DNA of 64,000 nucleotides from Squalus acanthias. Lineage: Eukaryota. Where the stretch lies: contig CM059432.1 of the NCBI GenBank assembly GCA_030390025.1, positions 8,680,001 through 8,744,000 on the forward strand, in the 5' to 3' direction. Shown in pieces: positions 36,087-48,997 of this stretch. The notes below the pieces were generated by a model. That model searched no databases. It worked only from the letters and a program-made list of their open reading frames with translations, and was not told where the DNA came from. The position numbers and the translations under genes were made by a program. Numbering within the stretch: position 1 is the first letter of the stretch; every line of letters starts with the position of its first letter.

Positions 36087-36309
36087 CCTGGCCAGTCAAA
36101 CACATTTGCCTCACACCTTCTTACCAGACCATCGACAATGGACAAGAACCTGCAGCTTCCTATCACTCTGACCACCATACTGACAATTCCAAGTCGCCCT
36201 GAGCCCTCAATGTGGAAGTCCCATTTGCGAAATTGCCATCAAGTTTTTTTATCACATCAATTCACGGATGGCTTTTCAAAATTAAACACAACAGAACACC
36301 CAAGTGACT

Positions 36310-37098
36310 ACCCTTGTGATAACTTGTGCTTTATCTCCCTCTTACGCATGCTCCTACGCGGTGCTTCCCCTGTGGCTTCAGCAGATGTGGAGGCCCCTTG
36401 CTCACTTTCTTGCTGCTCCTGCCTTGACACCTTTGGTGGGCATCCTCTGGGGTTGCAAGCCTGTGAGGGCTTGCCAACAGTCTGCTGCTCCTACGGCTGT
36501 GCAGGGGCTGAGACGCCCATCTCAGTTGGGTGGGGATTCTGGTGGGGCTCTGACCGAGGGCTCTGCAGTGGCATGGTTGTGCGAGCGCTTGGAGAGGAGC
36601 CGCCACTTCCTTGTTCTCTGCCACCAACATCCCTCTCATGGGTCAGCCCCACTTCAGAGCTAGCAAGTGGCTTGACAGCACCTTTCTGCACTTCAGGGGG
36701 GCCATGAGGACCTGTTTCTGCACTGGAAGTCCTACTCCAGAGGACTTCCATGAAGGTCTGGTTTCTCTGCTCAATGGCTGACCATCGATCCTCAAGAGAT
36801 GTCAGTCTATTCTGAACAATGACCATGTTTTCAAGACCCTGGCAACTTAGCTCCTCCATGGACATAGCCATCCTCTCCTCTACCATAGCCATCCTCTCCT
36901 CTATGGTAGCCAGCCTTACAACGGAGGTAGCCATCCTTTTCACGGAGGTTGCCATCCTTTCCGTGGTGATGCATTCACGCGCTAATGCCTCCAAAAAGAT
37001 CTGCTCATGTTAGTGATGGACTCCTCCATTCGCTCCACACGCGCAGCGACCCTGGAGACAAAACCTGCCAGAGACTCCTGCACCTCTTCCTGGAGTTC
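36310..37098 (-). pseudogene. 3' part of the Harbinger Myb/SANT gene
   Basis: Coiled-coil ERMA repeats; homologous to 60052-60809. Confidence 0.75.
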
Positions 37099-39400
37099 TG
37101 AGATCTGGCTAAGCAGCGCAGATATCCTCGATTCCCTGAGAGTAAATGAATGATGCCGGCTACCCAGGTAGCTTGAACTGAGATGCCGAATGAGGTGCCT
37201 TGCATCACCCACTATCTGCACAATCAGTGAACAAAATCCAATCCTGTTGATGAAATTGATGGCGCTTTCAGACAATGGGGTAATCCAGCCATTCTAAAGA
37301 AGTTGATTGCTCTCCCACTCTCTCCCTCTCTCTCTCGCAGGGTCCATGGGGAAATTAATCAAATCAGTGGCATACCTGAACAGGGCATCAGTCACCTGTG
37401 TAATACACTGATGCACTGATGTGACTACTTTTTTTATTTGTTCATGGGATGTGGGCATTGCTGGCAAGGCCAGCATTTATTGCCCATCCCTAGCTGCCCT
37501 TGAGAAGGTGGTGGTGACCCAGCGACGATGAAGGAACGGCCGATATATTTCCAAGACAGCGTGGTGTGTGACTTGGAGGGGAACTTGGAGGTGGTGGTGT
37601 TCCCACGCGCCTGCTGCCCCAGTCCTTCTAGGTAGAAGAGGTCGCGGGTTTGGGAGGTGCTGCCGAAAAAGCCTTGGCGAGTTGCTGCAGTGCATCTTGT
37701 AGATGGTACACACTGCAGCCACGGTACGCCGGTGGTGGAGGGAATGAATGTTTAAGGTGGTGGATGGGGTGCCAATCAAGCGGGCTGCTTTGTCCTGGAT
37801 GGTGTCGAGCCTCTTGAGTGTTGTTGGAGCTGCACTCATCCAGGCAAGTGGAGAGTATTCCATTACACTCCTGACTTGTGCCTTCTAGATGGTGGAAAGG
37901 CTTTGGGGAGTCAGGAGGTGAGACACTCGCCGCAGAATACCCAGAATACCTGCTCTTGTTGCCACAGTATTTATGTGGCTGGTTCAGTTAACTTTCTGGG
38001 CAATGGTGACCCCCAGGATATTGATGGTGGGGGATTCAGCGATGGTAATGCTGTTGAATTCAAGGGGTGGTGGTTAGACTTTTGCTTGTTGAGATGGTCA
38101 TTGCCTGGCACTTGTGTGGTGCAAATGTTACCTGCCACTTATCAGCCCAAGCCTGAATGTTGTCCAGGTCTTGCTGTATGTGGGCATGGACTGCTTCATT
38201 ATCTGAGGAGTTGCAAATGGAACTGAACATTGTGCAATCATCAGCGAACATCCCCATTTCTGACCTTATGATGGAGGGAAGGTCATTGATGACGCAGCTG
38301 AAGATGGTTGGGCCTAGGACACTGCCCTGAGGAACTCCTGCAGCGATGTCCTGGAGCTGTGATGATTGACCTCCAACAACCACAACCATCTTCTTTTGTG
38401 CTAGGTATGACTCCCGCCAGTGGAGTGTTTTCCCCCCTATTCCCATTGACTTCAGTTTTACTAGGGCTCCTTGATGCCACACTCGGTCAAATGCTGCCTT
38501 GATGTCAAGAGCAGTCACTCTCACCTCACCTCTGGGACTCAGCTCTTTTGTCCATGTTTGGACCAAGGCTGTAATGAGGTCGGGAGCCGAGTGGTCCTGG
38601 TGGAACCCAAACTGAGCATCAGTGAGCAGGTTATTGGTGAGTAAGTGCCGCTTGATAGCACTGTCAATGACCCCTTACATCACTTTGCTGATGATTGAAT
38701 GTAGACTGATGGGGTGGTAATTGGCTGGATTGGATTTGTCCTGCTTTTTGTGGACAGGACATACCTGGGCAGTTTTCCACATTGTTGGATAGATGCCAGT
38801 GTTGTAGCTGTACTGGAACAGCTTAGCTAGAGGCACGGCTAGTTCTGGAGCACAAGTCTTCAGCACGATAGCCAGGATGTTGTTGGGGCCCACAGCTTTT
38901 GCTGTATCCAGTGCGCTCAGCCGTTTCTTGATATCACATGGAGTAAATCGAATTGGCTGAAGACTGGCTTCTGTGATGGTGGGGACCTCAGGAGGAGGCC
39001 GAGATGGATCATCCACTCGGCACTTCTGGCCGAAGATGGTTGCAAACGCTTCAGCCTTGTGAAGCATCATTAGATGCTGCTTGGACACAGTTGTCACCTT
39101 CCCAACCACTGACAAAGATATGCCTCTGGTGAAAGGAAGTTGCAGGTCAGATGATGCATCTCACTTACTGTATGCGGTGAGATAAATGTAATCTTCTCAG
39201 ATATCCTCATAGGACCTCCTTGGTCTCCAGATCCTGTGGCATGGGATGTCTGTGAGTCAAGTGTCGCCTGGCTGCATGAAGCCACACTCTCTCCTGGCTT
39301 CCATTGTCTCTTCCTTCATGTCCTCATCATCTTCCTCCTCAAAGCACAAGAACAAAGGAATCCCAAGAAAGAAATCCATTATTTCCCTGATAGGAATCTC
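37099..39400 (-). pseudogene. Older, highly degraded Harbinger transposase interrupted by a LINE
   Basis: Minus strand: RIWRPRRSYEDI...LSVVGKVT (39250-39090), VHQCITQVTDALFRYATDLINFP (37425-37345), FINRIGFCSLIVQIVGD...YLGSRHHSFTLRES (37260-37110). Confidence 0.75.
37429..39058 (-). mobile_element. CR1-group LINE (non-canonical subfamily), 5'-truncated
   Basis: LDIKAAFDRVWH, GVPQGSVLGP, MFADDCT, EYSPLAW, SLHHRRTVAA; tail GGGCAATAAATGCTGGCCTTGCCAGC..CCCACATCCCATGAAC plus poly-A. Confidence 0.85.
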
Positions 39401-39504
39401 TTTAAATTTCCTGCACAATTCAGCAAATATCTTTCAGTTTAGTTTTTAGCAAGCAGTTATGTATTGAAAGTCACTTCCAGCCAAAACGGTGAGGGTAATT
39501 TTAA

Positions 39505-39820
39505 TCTCTGCGTTCCTCCAATTCTGGCCTCTTGCGCATCCCCGATTTTCTTTGCTCCGCCATTGGCGGCCGTGCCTTCAGCCGTCTAGACCATAAGCTC
39601 TGGAATTCCCTCCCTAAACCTCTCCGCCTCTCTACCTCTCTCTCCTCCTTCAAGACGTTCCTTAAATCCTCCCTCTTTGACCAAGGTTTTGGTCACCTGC
39701 CGTAATATCTCCTTATGTGGCTCGGTGTCAAATTTTGTTTTTGTTAACGCTCCTGTGAAGCACCTTGGGACATTTTATGACGTTAAAGGCGCTATATAAA
39801 TGCAAGTTGTTGTTTTTTTG
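39505..39820 (+). mobile_element. L2 3' end
   Basis: Matches 29465-29765. Confidence 0.8.
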
Positions 39821-40464
39821 TTGGAGAAACCAAGATGTAGATCAACAATGTTCAAAGTGCGGACCGTGAGCCACATAAGGTCAAGGAGCCCTGGCACGCC
39901 AGCTTTTGAAGGCAGGGCAACTCAATACTATTTGCACTTGTCTTTCATATTTCCTATATGAATATCATGGGCTTTGAAATCTGAACTTGAAGATGTATTA
40001 GAGTGAGTCGCAGGAGATATACGCAAACATGGATTTCAACATTGAGACATTGGGCTCTTCAAGCTCATCACTTCCATAGAGTGTGTACAATCCACTTAAT
40101 AACGGACTCTACCCACATATTGTGCCTTTGCTATGCACAATTTTGGCTGTGCTTTTTCTTTGTCTCTATAACAAAAGGGTCTGAACTTCAAATGTAAAAG
40201 ATTGGTTGTAAAGCGCTTTGGGAGGATGTGATAAGATGTGACGGAAATGCAAATTATTTCTTCTGTCTGCAAAGGCACTATAAAAGATTACAAAAGTATC
40301 CAGCCGAAAGCTACTTAAGAGCTCCTGCGATCATGGGCCTGCATTTACTCCCATTGCACAAAAAAGAGAAAGCTCGACATAAAGACCATGATTGGTGCGA
40401 GGTGCGTGAGTCTAAATATTCTTGCATTGAATATGGTGCCTTTATGACCTCATGCAGGAAATAA

Positions 40465-40931
40465 AAGAAAGACTTGCATTTATATGGCGCCTTTCACAAC
40501 CACCGGACGTCTCAAAGCACTTTACAGCCAATTAAGTACTTTTTGAAATGTAGTCACTGTTGTAATGCAGGAAGTGCGACAGCTAATTTGCGCACAGCAA
40601 GCTCCCACAAACAACAATGTGATAACGACCAGATAATCTGTTTTAGTGATGTTGATTGAGGGATAAATATTGACCAGGACACCGGGGATAACTCCCCTAC
40701 TCTTCGAAATAGTGCCATGGGATCTTTTACGCCCACCTGCGAGGGCAGACAGGGGCCTCGGTTTAACGTCTCATCCGAAAGACGGCACCTCCAACAATGC
40801 AGCACTCCCTCAGCACTGCACTGGAGTGGAGTGTCAGCCTGGATTGTTGCCTTCAAGTTTCTGGAGTGGGACTTGAACCCACAACTTTCTGACTCAGAGG
40901 CGAGGGTGCTCCCCACTGAGACACAGCTGAC
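40465..40931 (-). mobile_element. Full-length tRNA-derived Deu-domain SINE (SacSINE1-like)
   Basis: Minus strand has a tRNA-like head with GGTTCAAGTCC B box, the Deu-type core GCCGTCTTTCGGATGAGACGTTAAACCGAGG, and an L2-like tail ATATAAATGCAAGT. Confidence 0.85.
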
Positions 40932-41456
40932 ACAATAACTGCAAACACTTCAACTCATTCAAAGCACGAGTGTGGAATTGTGCAGCTCAGGACCTCCTCT
41001 CCCAAGTCAGCGTTCCCTCTGCGCCAATTGTGCCCCGGATCTCCCAGCTCCCAACAGGACGGCAGAATTGGCCGCAATGAACACAAATCATCAAGCTCAT
41101 CTCTTCCGTCTTGACAATTCACTTATTCATGTATTCTACCTAACCCATTCATTCTAGTGCCTTGGCACATTTTACTACGTTAAAGGTGCTTTATAAATGC
41201 AAGTTAGAATCATAGAATCATACTGCACAGAAGGAGGCCATTCAGCCCATCTTGCCTGTGCTGGCACTCTGAAAGAGCGATCCAATTAGGCCCACTCCCC
41301 CTGCTCTTTTCCCATAGTCCTGCATTTTTTTTTGACGAAGTATTACAAAGTATTTACAGCACAGAAACAGGCCTTTCGGCCCAACCGGTCCACGTCGGAG
41401 TTTATGCTCCACACGAGCCTCCTCCCATCTTTCTTCATCTCACCCCATCAACATAT

Positions 41457-42199
41457 CGGCCCAGAAATTCGCCTCTCCGGCTTGCTGCGGGGGTAAGGAT
41501 CGCGCGCGCACTTACCTACCGCGTCTGCCGTTCTGCTTCTGGCCCACGAGGACTTCAGCTCCTGGGCCTGCTCCAAGTGCCGGCGCGCAGTGCTTGCGTG
41601 TCCCAGGGGCGCAGTTAGTGCGATGCGTCCCCTGGGATCACGTGGGCCATGGAGAGCCAATGGCAGCAGACCATCTTTCATTCATAGATTTGACAGGAAG
41701 ACCTGCCAAATCTATGAATTGAAATCGGCCCCAAAAGAACAGCTAAACTGCAAATAAATTTTTTAAAAACCATCATATTTTTAAAATAACTATAAGTTAA
41801 ATAAATTAACTACTTTAAACAAAATTTTAAATTTTTGAAAAAATTAAAATACTTTTTAATAGTGCTAAAAATAAACTTACCTTTCTTTAATGTATCTAAA
41901 AAAGATAAACCTGTTGAAAAAATTTTAAATTATAATTAATTAACCACTTACCTTGTTGAAAACGGGTCTTGCGCCTCCTTTTTAAAAGTGCAGCTTCTTC
42001 AATACTTACCTTCCCGGAGAAACCTGAAAAAAAAACGAAGTTTGCTGCGTGCGCGCAGCCTCTCCCGCGCACGCGGTTCACCTCTGAACCGCTCCCTTCA
42101 CCAGACCGGAAGTTCCGGTTTCCCGCGCATGCGCAGTGCATGCAGGAAACCGGCGGAAACAGCGCGTACTCACCCGACAAGGGCCGAATTTTTGGCCCC
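41457..42199. mobile_element. MITE with GC-rich arms and AT-rich centre, inserted in a CR1 tail
   Basis: Imperfect TIR GGCCCAGAAATTCG / CGAATTTTTGGCCC; CR1 sequence continues across it. Confidence 0.7.
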
Positions 42200-43364
42200 A
42201 TAGCTTTCTCCCTCATGTGCTTATCTAGCTTCCCCTTAAATGCATCTGTGTTGTTTGCCTCAACTACAACTGGATGCAATTCCAATTACTAGTGAATCTG
42301 CTTCCACCACCCTTTCAGGCAGCGCATTCCAGATCACAACAACTCGCTGTGTAAAAAAACAAATTCTCCTCATCCAACACCCCCCTCACCCCCCCACCCC
42401 CCGCCACCACCACCACCCTGGCTTTCTCGCTGTTGTTTTTGTTCTTAAGGCAATTGAGCTGATTTTCCCAAGTTGGAAGCATTGATGAGGTGGCACAGTG
42501 GGACAACACACTGGGATACTGTTGTATCCTCAGAGTGAGGGGACTAATGTTTACAGCAGCGATTCCTCATGCAGTGGATTCCTGTTTTCAGTCTTTCTAT
42601 TAAGGGAGAGTCAGTAAGTACTGGATGAGTCACTGAATGACATTTAACCAGCTCCGAGAGGGTGGTTGCAGATTAGCTAAATTGTGTCGGCACAGATTGC
42701 TCACCCACCCACTTGATTGAGATGCGGGGGGGCTGGGGAGGGAGTGAGCAGGGAGGTGGGGGGGGGGGGAGGGAGACAACATGACAGATCTAAAGAAAGA
42801 AATGGGAGAAAATACGAATGATTTATGCAAAACTAAAGATCGTAGAACAATTACTTGCAGCCACGGACACCATCTTGATGCAATGGTTTGAAGGAAGGCT
42901 GTAGTAATTTGCCTTGAAATAGCTGCAGGCAAAATTATGGTTTAAACATTTGATTTGATGTTGTGCAATTTGATCTTACAGCATTGATCTTAAGTCTGAC
43001 ATTTTATAGTGACGTGACTGGAAATGGTTTTATAAATGGAAAATGTTTAACATGAAACAGAATTTTGAACTTCCCGAAGCTGATGTAAAGCAATCTTTAC
43101 GCCACAGTAAACCCCACTTACATTATAAACAAACTCTCAGATTACCTCGATTATTATTGTACTGCTTGCCTTTGTTCTCTTGTTACATTTCCGTGTGACG
43201 TTCCCCACAACAAACAATAGCTTGCATTTATATAGCGCCTCATCTCGGGGTCAATTACGACACCGCAGTCGCCAACGGTCTGGCTCAGCCTCAGACAGCG
43301 GCCAGGGAGAGGGATGGGGTCGGCGGCATGGGGAACGGAGTTTGTGGCGGGGAGCGGAGACAAT

Positions 43365-44019
43365 GGGCTGGATTTTCATTGACCCGTGGAGGTGGGTTTG
43401 GAGGCGTGTGGGGGGTTAAAATTGCGAAAACTGGTGGGTGGGCACAAGTCTGCCTCCATGCAATTTTCATTAAATCGTGTCTGCTGGTCCCGACTCCGTC
43501 CCGTCTCTAAGAGGCGGGATAGGATGTTAAGGCCCTTAACAAGCACTAAATTGCCTCTATAATGCCATTTTGAAAGGCCTTTGTGATTTTAACCCTTGTT
43601 CTACGTGAAGCACCCCTGTTCTGAACCACGATTGTGAAACCTGGCGGGAGCACATTTGGATGGCTGGCTGGATGCATATGTGGGGATGCATATGTGGATG
43701 GATGTATATATGGATGGAGAGGAGACATATCTGGGCGTGGTGGTGTAAAAATATCTGGGAGCAGACTTAGGGCTGCTGCTGCTCATTTTGCAGGTCCTAT
43801 CACAGCAAAGGCCAGGCAGTCTCTGAAGACCTTCAATGCAGCAGCAATGATGACATCATCAGAGGCGACTTTCAGACTGAAAACACTAATTGGGTCATGG
43901 GTTCCCACATGCTGGAACTCAATTGCCCAATTAGGTGAAAATCGCATCAATCTCCCACATCCAATTGCAGTCGGGTGGAGGACACGACCCCAACCCACCC
44001 CAGTATCAAAATCCAGCCC
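43365..44019 (+). mobile_element. Harbinger MITE inserted in an L2 fragment
   Basis: Perfect 12-bp TIR; AAT TSD (43362-43364, 44020-44022); the flanks rejoin as L2 sequence. Confidence 0.9.
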
Positions 44020-44894
44020 AATGGCTTCGGTCTCCCCAATATTTACTTGGAGGCAATTTCTGCTCATCCAGAAACTTCGGACAAGCAATTCTGACAATTT
44101 AGAGACGGTGGAGCTTGTCGAGAGGTGGTGGCGAGGCAGAGCTGGGTGTCGTCAGCGTGCGTGAGGAACCTGACCACAACATTTAACTAACTACAACGTG
44201 AAATATTATTTTATCATGACTATGGTTGCAAAGCTTTTTAAGTACAGCATGTGTTCACAGAGGGACTAGCATCAAAATTAAACAGTATAGAAGAAAGTGA
44301 ACAGCTAGTTTCGTTCCTAGCCCATTGCAATTCTGGACAGGAGCATGGCAATCCAAAGTTAGGGCCCCAGCGCAAACTCAAATTGGGTTACACTGCGGTT
44401 ACCCCTTTAGAAAAAGAATTGTACCTGACGTTGCACATGGGTTTCCTGGGCCTGCTAATTCAAATTCCCATTGGTGCACACGTTGGCGTAAAATGTGACT
44501 GAACTGCCTGGAATCTCCTGTGTAGCCTTCAAAGAGACGGTTAAGCCGGTGATCTTCAGTAGCAGACTGGGGGACAAACAGAATCAGAGAGGTCAAATAA
44601 CCTCACTGCGTGCCTTAGCGATGCTTCGATTTTACTTGCACGCAACATGAGCACTCAAGGACCAACTGCGCCCAGAGGGCAGCAGGGCAAGACACCAAAC
44701 CAGAGAGGAAGAATCCACAACTTCAGTCATTCAGACCCCCAAGTCTTTCTTGGAGGGGGAGGGTGGGGCGGGGAGTGGGGGGGTGCTGCGGCAGTATTGA
44801 AGACAGCGCAAACAGACTCCGAGATGTGGGTGCCGCCAAGCCACCTAGAATTATCACTCACGCTACCTGGAGAGAGGTGGAATTGCCAACTCCC

Positions 44895-45665
44895 TCACCC
44901 ACAGACCTGCAGGGCCTGGCAACTGTCTGAGGCTGAACCAGACTGTTCGCAACCTTGTTGTCGTATTTTGACCCCCGAGATGAGCTTCCGAACACATATC
45001 CGCATCATCACAAAGACCGCCTATTTCCAACTCCGTCACATCGCCCGTCTCCATCCCAGCCTCAGCTCATCCGCTGCTGAAACCATCACCCATGACTTTG
45101 TTGCCTCTAGACTTGACTATTCCAGTGCACTCCTGGCCAGCCTCCCATTTCCAACCTCCATAAACTCGAGCACATCTAAAACTCTGCTGCCCGTGTCCTA
45201 ACTCGCACACCAAGTCCCGTTCACCCATCACCCCTGTGCTAGCTGACCTACATTGGCTCCTGGTTCAGCAACACCTCGATTTTAAAATTCTCATCCTTGT
45301 TTCCAGGGCTCTCCCCTCCCTATCCCTGTAACCTCCTCCAGCCCTACAATCCCCCGCGATCTCTGCGCTCCTCCAATTCTGGCCTCTTACGCATCCCCTA
45401 TTTTAACCGTTCCAGTTGGTGGCCGTGCTTCCTGTTGTCTAGGCCCTAAACTCTGGAATTCCCTCTCTAAACCTCTCTACCTCTCTATCTCTCTCTTCTC
45501 CTTTAGGACGTTTCTTAAAACCTACCTCTTTGACCAAGCTTTTGGCCATCTGTTCTATTATCTCCTTATGTGGCTCGGTGTCAAATTTTGTTTTGGTAAT
45601 CGCTCCTGTGAAGCACCTTGGGACGTCTTACTACATTAAAGGCTCTATGTAAATGCAAGTTGCTC
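44895..45665 (+). mobile_element. L2 LINE 3' fragment
   Basis: KTAYFQLRHIARL...HDFVASRLDYSSALL, followed by the L2 tail. Confidence 0.85.
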
Positions 45666-46038
45666 TTTGTTGCTGTGTTGCAAACGCAGGTGGTAGGGTG
45701 GGGTGGGTGGGGGAGGGATGGTGATGGCGGGTGTCCTGAGGGGATGCATTCAGGGAATGGGGAGAGAAGCCCAGGGCAGGGGAAGCCTTAAGTTTCCTTG
45801 TGGGGCCCAGAGCAGCACTGGACTACACAACAGAACCTGCCAGTCATGGTTATAGTGGTGCCAGAAAAAATAGCAGCGGTAATGGAAGATTGCAAAGAAC
45901 AATAGCAAAATCTGAACAAATCTGATAAATTAAAACCTTAAAAATGGAAAAGTACATTGCTCAAATTTATAGAGTGACTTCCAAGTCTTCACATAAACCC
46001 TCTTACACACTTGTCACTCTTATAGTTGTGGCAACTAT

Positions 46039-46741
46039 GGGGGGAATTTTCCCAGGACTGAGGAGGCGGCTTTGGAGGCGGGACTGCTGGGAAAATGGCA
46101 GAAACTGGGAGCGGGTACCGACCCCGGTCCCAACCCGCCTCCGTGCCATTCTCCTGAGTCGTGCAGGGACCCGTCTCCTCGAGGCGGGAAGGGGATTAGA
46201 GCCAATTGGCTGCCTGTTAACAGATAGTTAACAGGCAGTTTTGAGGCTTTTCCCCATTTTACGCCTGCAATTGCGGGCTTCCCGACGGCTGCGAACCTCG
46301 CCAGGGTCAGCGAGGCGAGCAGTGGGTCTGCGGGGGTGAGAGGGGTCGAAAAGTCAGCTGTAGAGGTGAGTGATGGGTGCAAGTGTGGACAGGTAAGTAT
46401 GAGAGGTGAGTGTAAAGTCTTGGAAAATGTTTCCTTACCTTTGCTTCTTTCTGCAGGCTTCAACCAGTGAGGATCCGGAGGTGCCTCATTTCAACGGCAG
46501 AGATGACAGAATGGCTGCTGCATTCTCAGATGCTGCAGCCATCTGCTTTCTGCTGAGCAGAGAGGTCTTGGTGAGCCTTTGTGCAAGGGCTCAAAGCTGT
46601 GAACGCTGACGCCGGTAAGCCCGCAACAAAGCCAATCAAGGGAAAATAGTGTTGGTTTGTCAGACGTCGCTGGGGGCGGGACTAGAACCCAGAAGGCAGC
46701 AGTCCCGCCCCCAACTCGTCTCAGCTGGCAAAATCCAGCCC
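46039..46741 (+). mobile_element. Non-autonomous Harbinger-type element
   Basis: Ends GGGGGGAATTTTCCCAG and CTGGCAAAATCCAGCCC. Confidence 0.7.
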
Positions 46742-47069
46742 AATAAATTTCCCCTTATAAATCTCATCCACTTGTAAATAAACATATACAAAGCTTCATA
46801 TTTGCAGATGATTCATTATGGCTTAGTCCCAATAAAACAAGAAGTGCCAAGAACATCTATAACAGGACTAACAGTCAAATGTTTCCCTCCTAATATCCAC
46901 GATGCATTATTTGTTTATTCATCTGCACTCTGCCTGAGGAACAGGATCTATCAACACTTGTCTCTGTTCTAAAAACTGAAAATGCTGGAAATACTCAGCA
47001 GATCAGGCAGCATATGTGCAGAGAGAAACAGAGTTAATGTTTCAGGTCTGTGACCTTTCGTCACAGACC

Positions 47070-48010
47070 TAAAATGATTTTTGGATATTAAGGGAATCAA
47101 GGAATATGGGAATCGTGCAGGAAAGTGGAGATGAGGTAGAAGATCAGCCATGATCTTATTGAATGGCGGAGCAGGCTCGAGGGGCCGAATGGCCGACTCC
47201 TGCTCCTATTTCTTATGTTCTTATGTTCTCATATCACAGTGGGGAGACTGGAGAAGCTGTGATTGTTCTCCTTAGAGCAGAAAAGGTTAAGGGGAGATTT
47301 AATAGAGGTGTTCAAAATATACAGGGTTTTGATAGGGTAAATAAGGAGAATCTGTTTCCACTGGCAGGAGGGTCGGTAACCAGGGGACACAGATTTAAGG
47401 TGATTGGCAAAAGAAATAGGGGGGAGATGAGAAGAATTTTTTTTCACAGAGCGTGTCTTTATGATCTGGAATGCACTGCTTGAAAGGGTGTTGGAAGCAG
47501 ATTCAATAGTAACTTTCCAAAGTGAAGTGGATATATACTTAAAAAGGAAAAAAATTGCAGGGCTATGGGGAAAGAGCGGGGGGAGTGGTACTAATTGGAG
47601 AGCTCTTTCAAAGAGCCGGCACCGGCACAAAGGGTCAAATGGCCTCCATCTGTGCCGTACGATTCTATATATCTCCCTTCTACGTACTGTACACCAAGTG
47701 CATTACGCTAGTACCTATGCTACAATTTAAAATAAGTGGCAAAAACAGCCAGGGGGTAAATGAGGAGAATTTCTTTTACACAGCGAGTTGTTGTGATCTG
47801 GAACGCGCTGCCTGAAAGGGCGGTGGAAGCAGATTCAATAGTAACATTCAAAAAGGAATTCGATACATACATACATACTTGAAAAGGAGAAATTTGCAAA
47901 GGCTATGGGGATAGAGCAGGCGAGTGGGACTAATTGGAGAGCTCTTTCAAAGAGCCGGCACAGGCACAATGGGCCGAATGGCCTCCTTCTGTGCTGTCTG
48001 ATTGTGTGAC
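47070..48010 (+). mobile_element. Tandem CR1 3' fragments
   Basis: Three CR1 tails/C-termini. Confidence 0.8.
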
Positions 48011-48524
48011 TATGATTCTGTGATCAGAACCATCACCACTTTCACCTTATCTCCGTTCTGCTCCACGCTACCTAGAGGTTAGAGAATTATTGCAGGCTTT
48101 TTTCACTTTTGTTTCATACTGTATTACATTTTTCACTCTGGTAATAAAAACATTGAAGCATGATTCAAAGAATTATAGGCCAGTCTAATCCAACAAGGTT
48201 GCTGGGGAAAATGCTCAAGGATACTTTATGAGGCGCAATCGATGTTCATCTAAAGAACGCAGACACCATAACATGGAAGCTCGCATTTTTTAAAAAGCAA
48301 TAGGCTTGCCTCCGAAATGAACTCAAAATCTTTGCGCAGGCAATTAAATTCACCCTAAGGATTAGAGTTTCTTTCTATATTCAGAAGAGGTTTGATAAGA
48401 TGGAGTAATATGCAGATAAAGCAAGATGGAGTAACATTCATAGAATTAAGGATAAATGAGATAGTGCGATTGAATTTTTTTTTAATAATTGAAAGCAGAA
48501 TGGGTTGATAAAGGAAAATAAAAA

Positions 48525-48997
48525 TAAAAAGAAACTTGCATTTCTATAGCACCTTTCACAACCTCAGGATGTCCCAAAGCGCTTTACAGCAATGAAGTAC
48601 TTTACAGCAATGAAGTGGAGTCACTGTTGTAAGGTGGGAAATGCAGCAGCCAATCTGCACACAGCAAGCTCCCACAAACAGCAATGTGACTATGACCGGA
48701 TAATCTGTTTTAGTGATGTTGATTGAGGGATATATATTGGCCCAGGACACCGGGGAGAACTCCTCTGCTCTTCTTCGAAATAGTGCCGTGGGATCTTTTA
48801 CATCCACCTGAGAGAGCAGACGGGGCCTCAGTTTAACATCTCATCCGAAAGACGGCATCTCCAACAGTGCAGCACTCCCTCAGCACTGCACTGGGAGCGT
48901 CAGCGTAGATTTTTGTGCTCAAGTCTCTGGAGTGGGACTTGAACCCACAACCTTCTGACTCAAAGGTGAGCATGCTACCCACTGAGCCACGGCTGAC
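48525..48997 (-). mobile_element. Full-length Deu-domain SINE
   Basis: Same structure as 40465-40931, with an intact A box TGGCTCAGTGG. Confidence 0.85.

Larger units (their letters stand above)
34346..37098 (+). mobile_element. PIF/Harbinger transposon, left ~2.75 kb (right end lost)
   Basis: TIR GGGCTGGATTTT at 34346; nuclease on +; 3' half of the Myb/SANT gene on -; collinear with 59043-60809. Confidence 0.9.
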
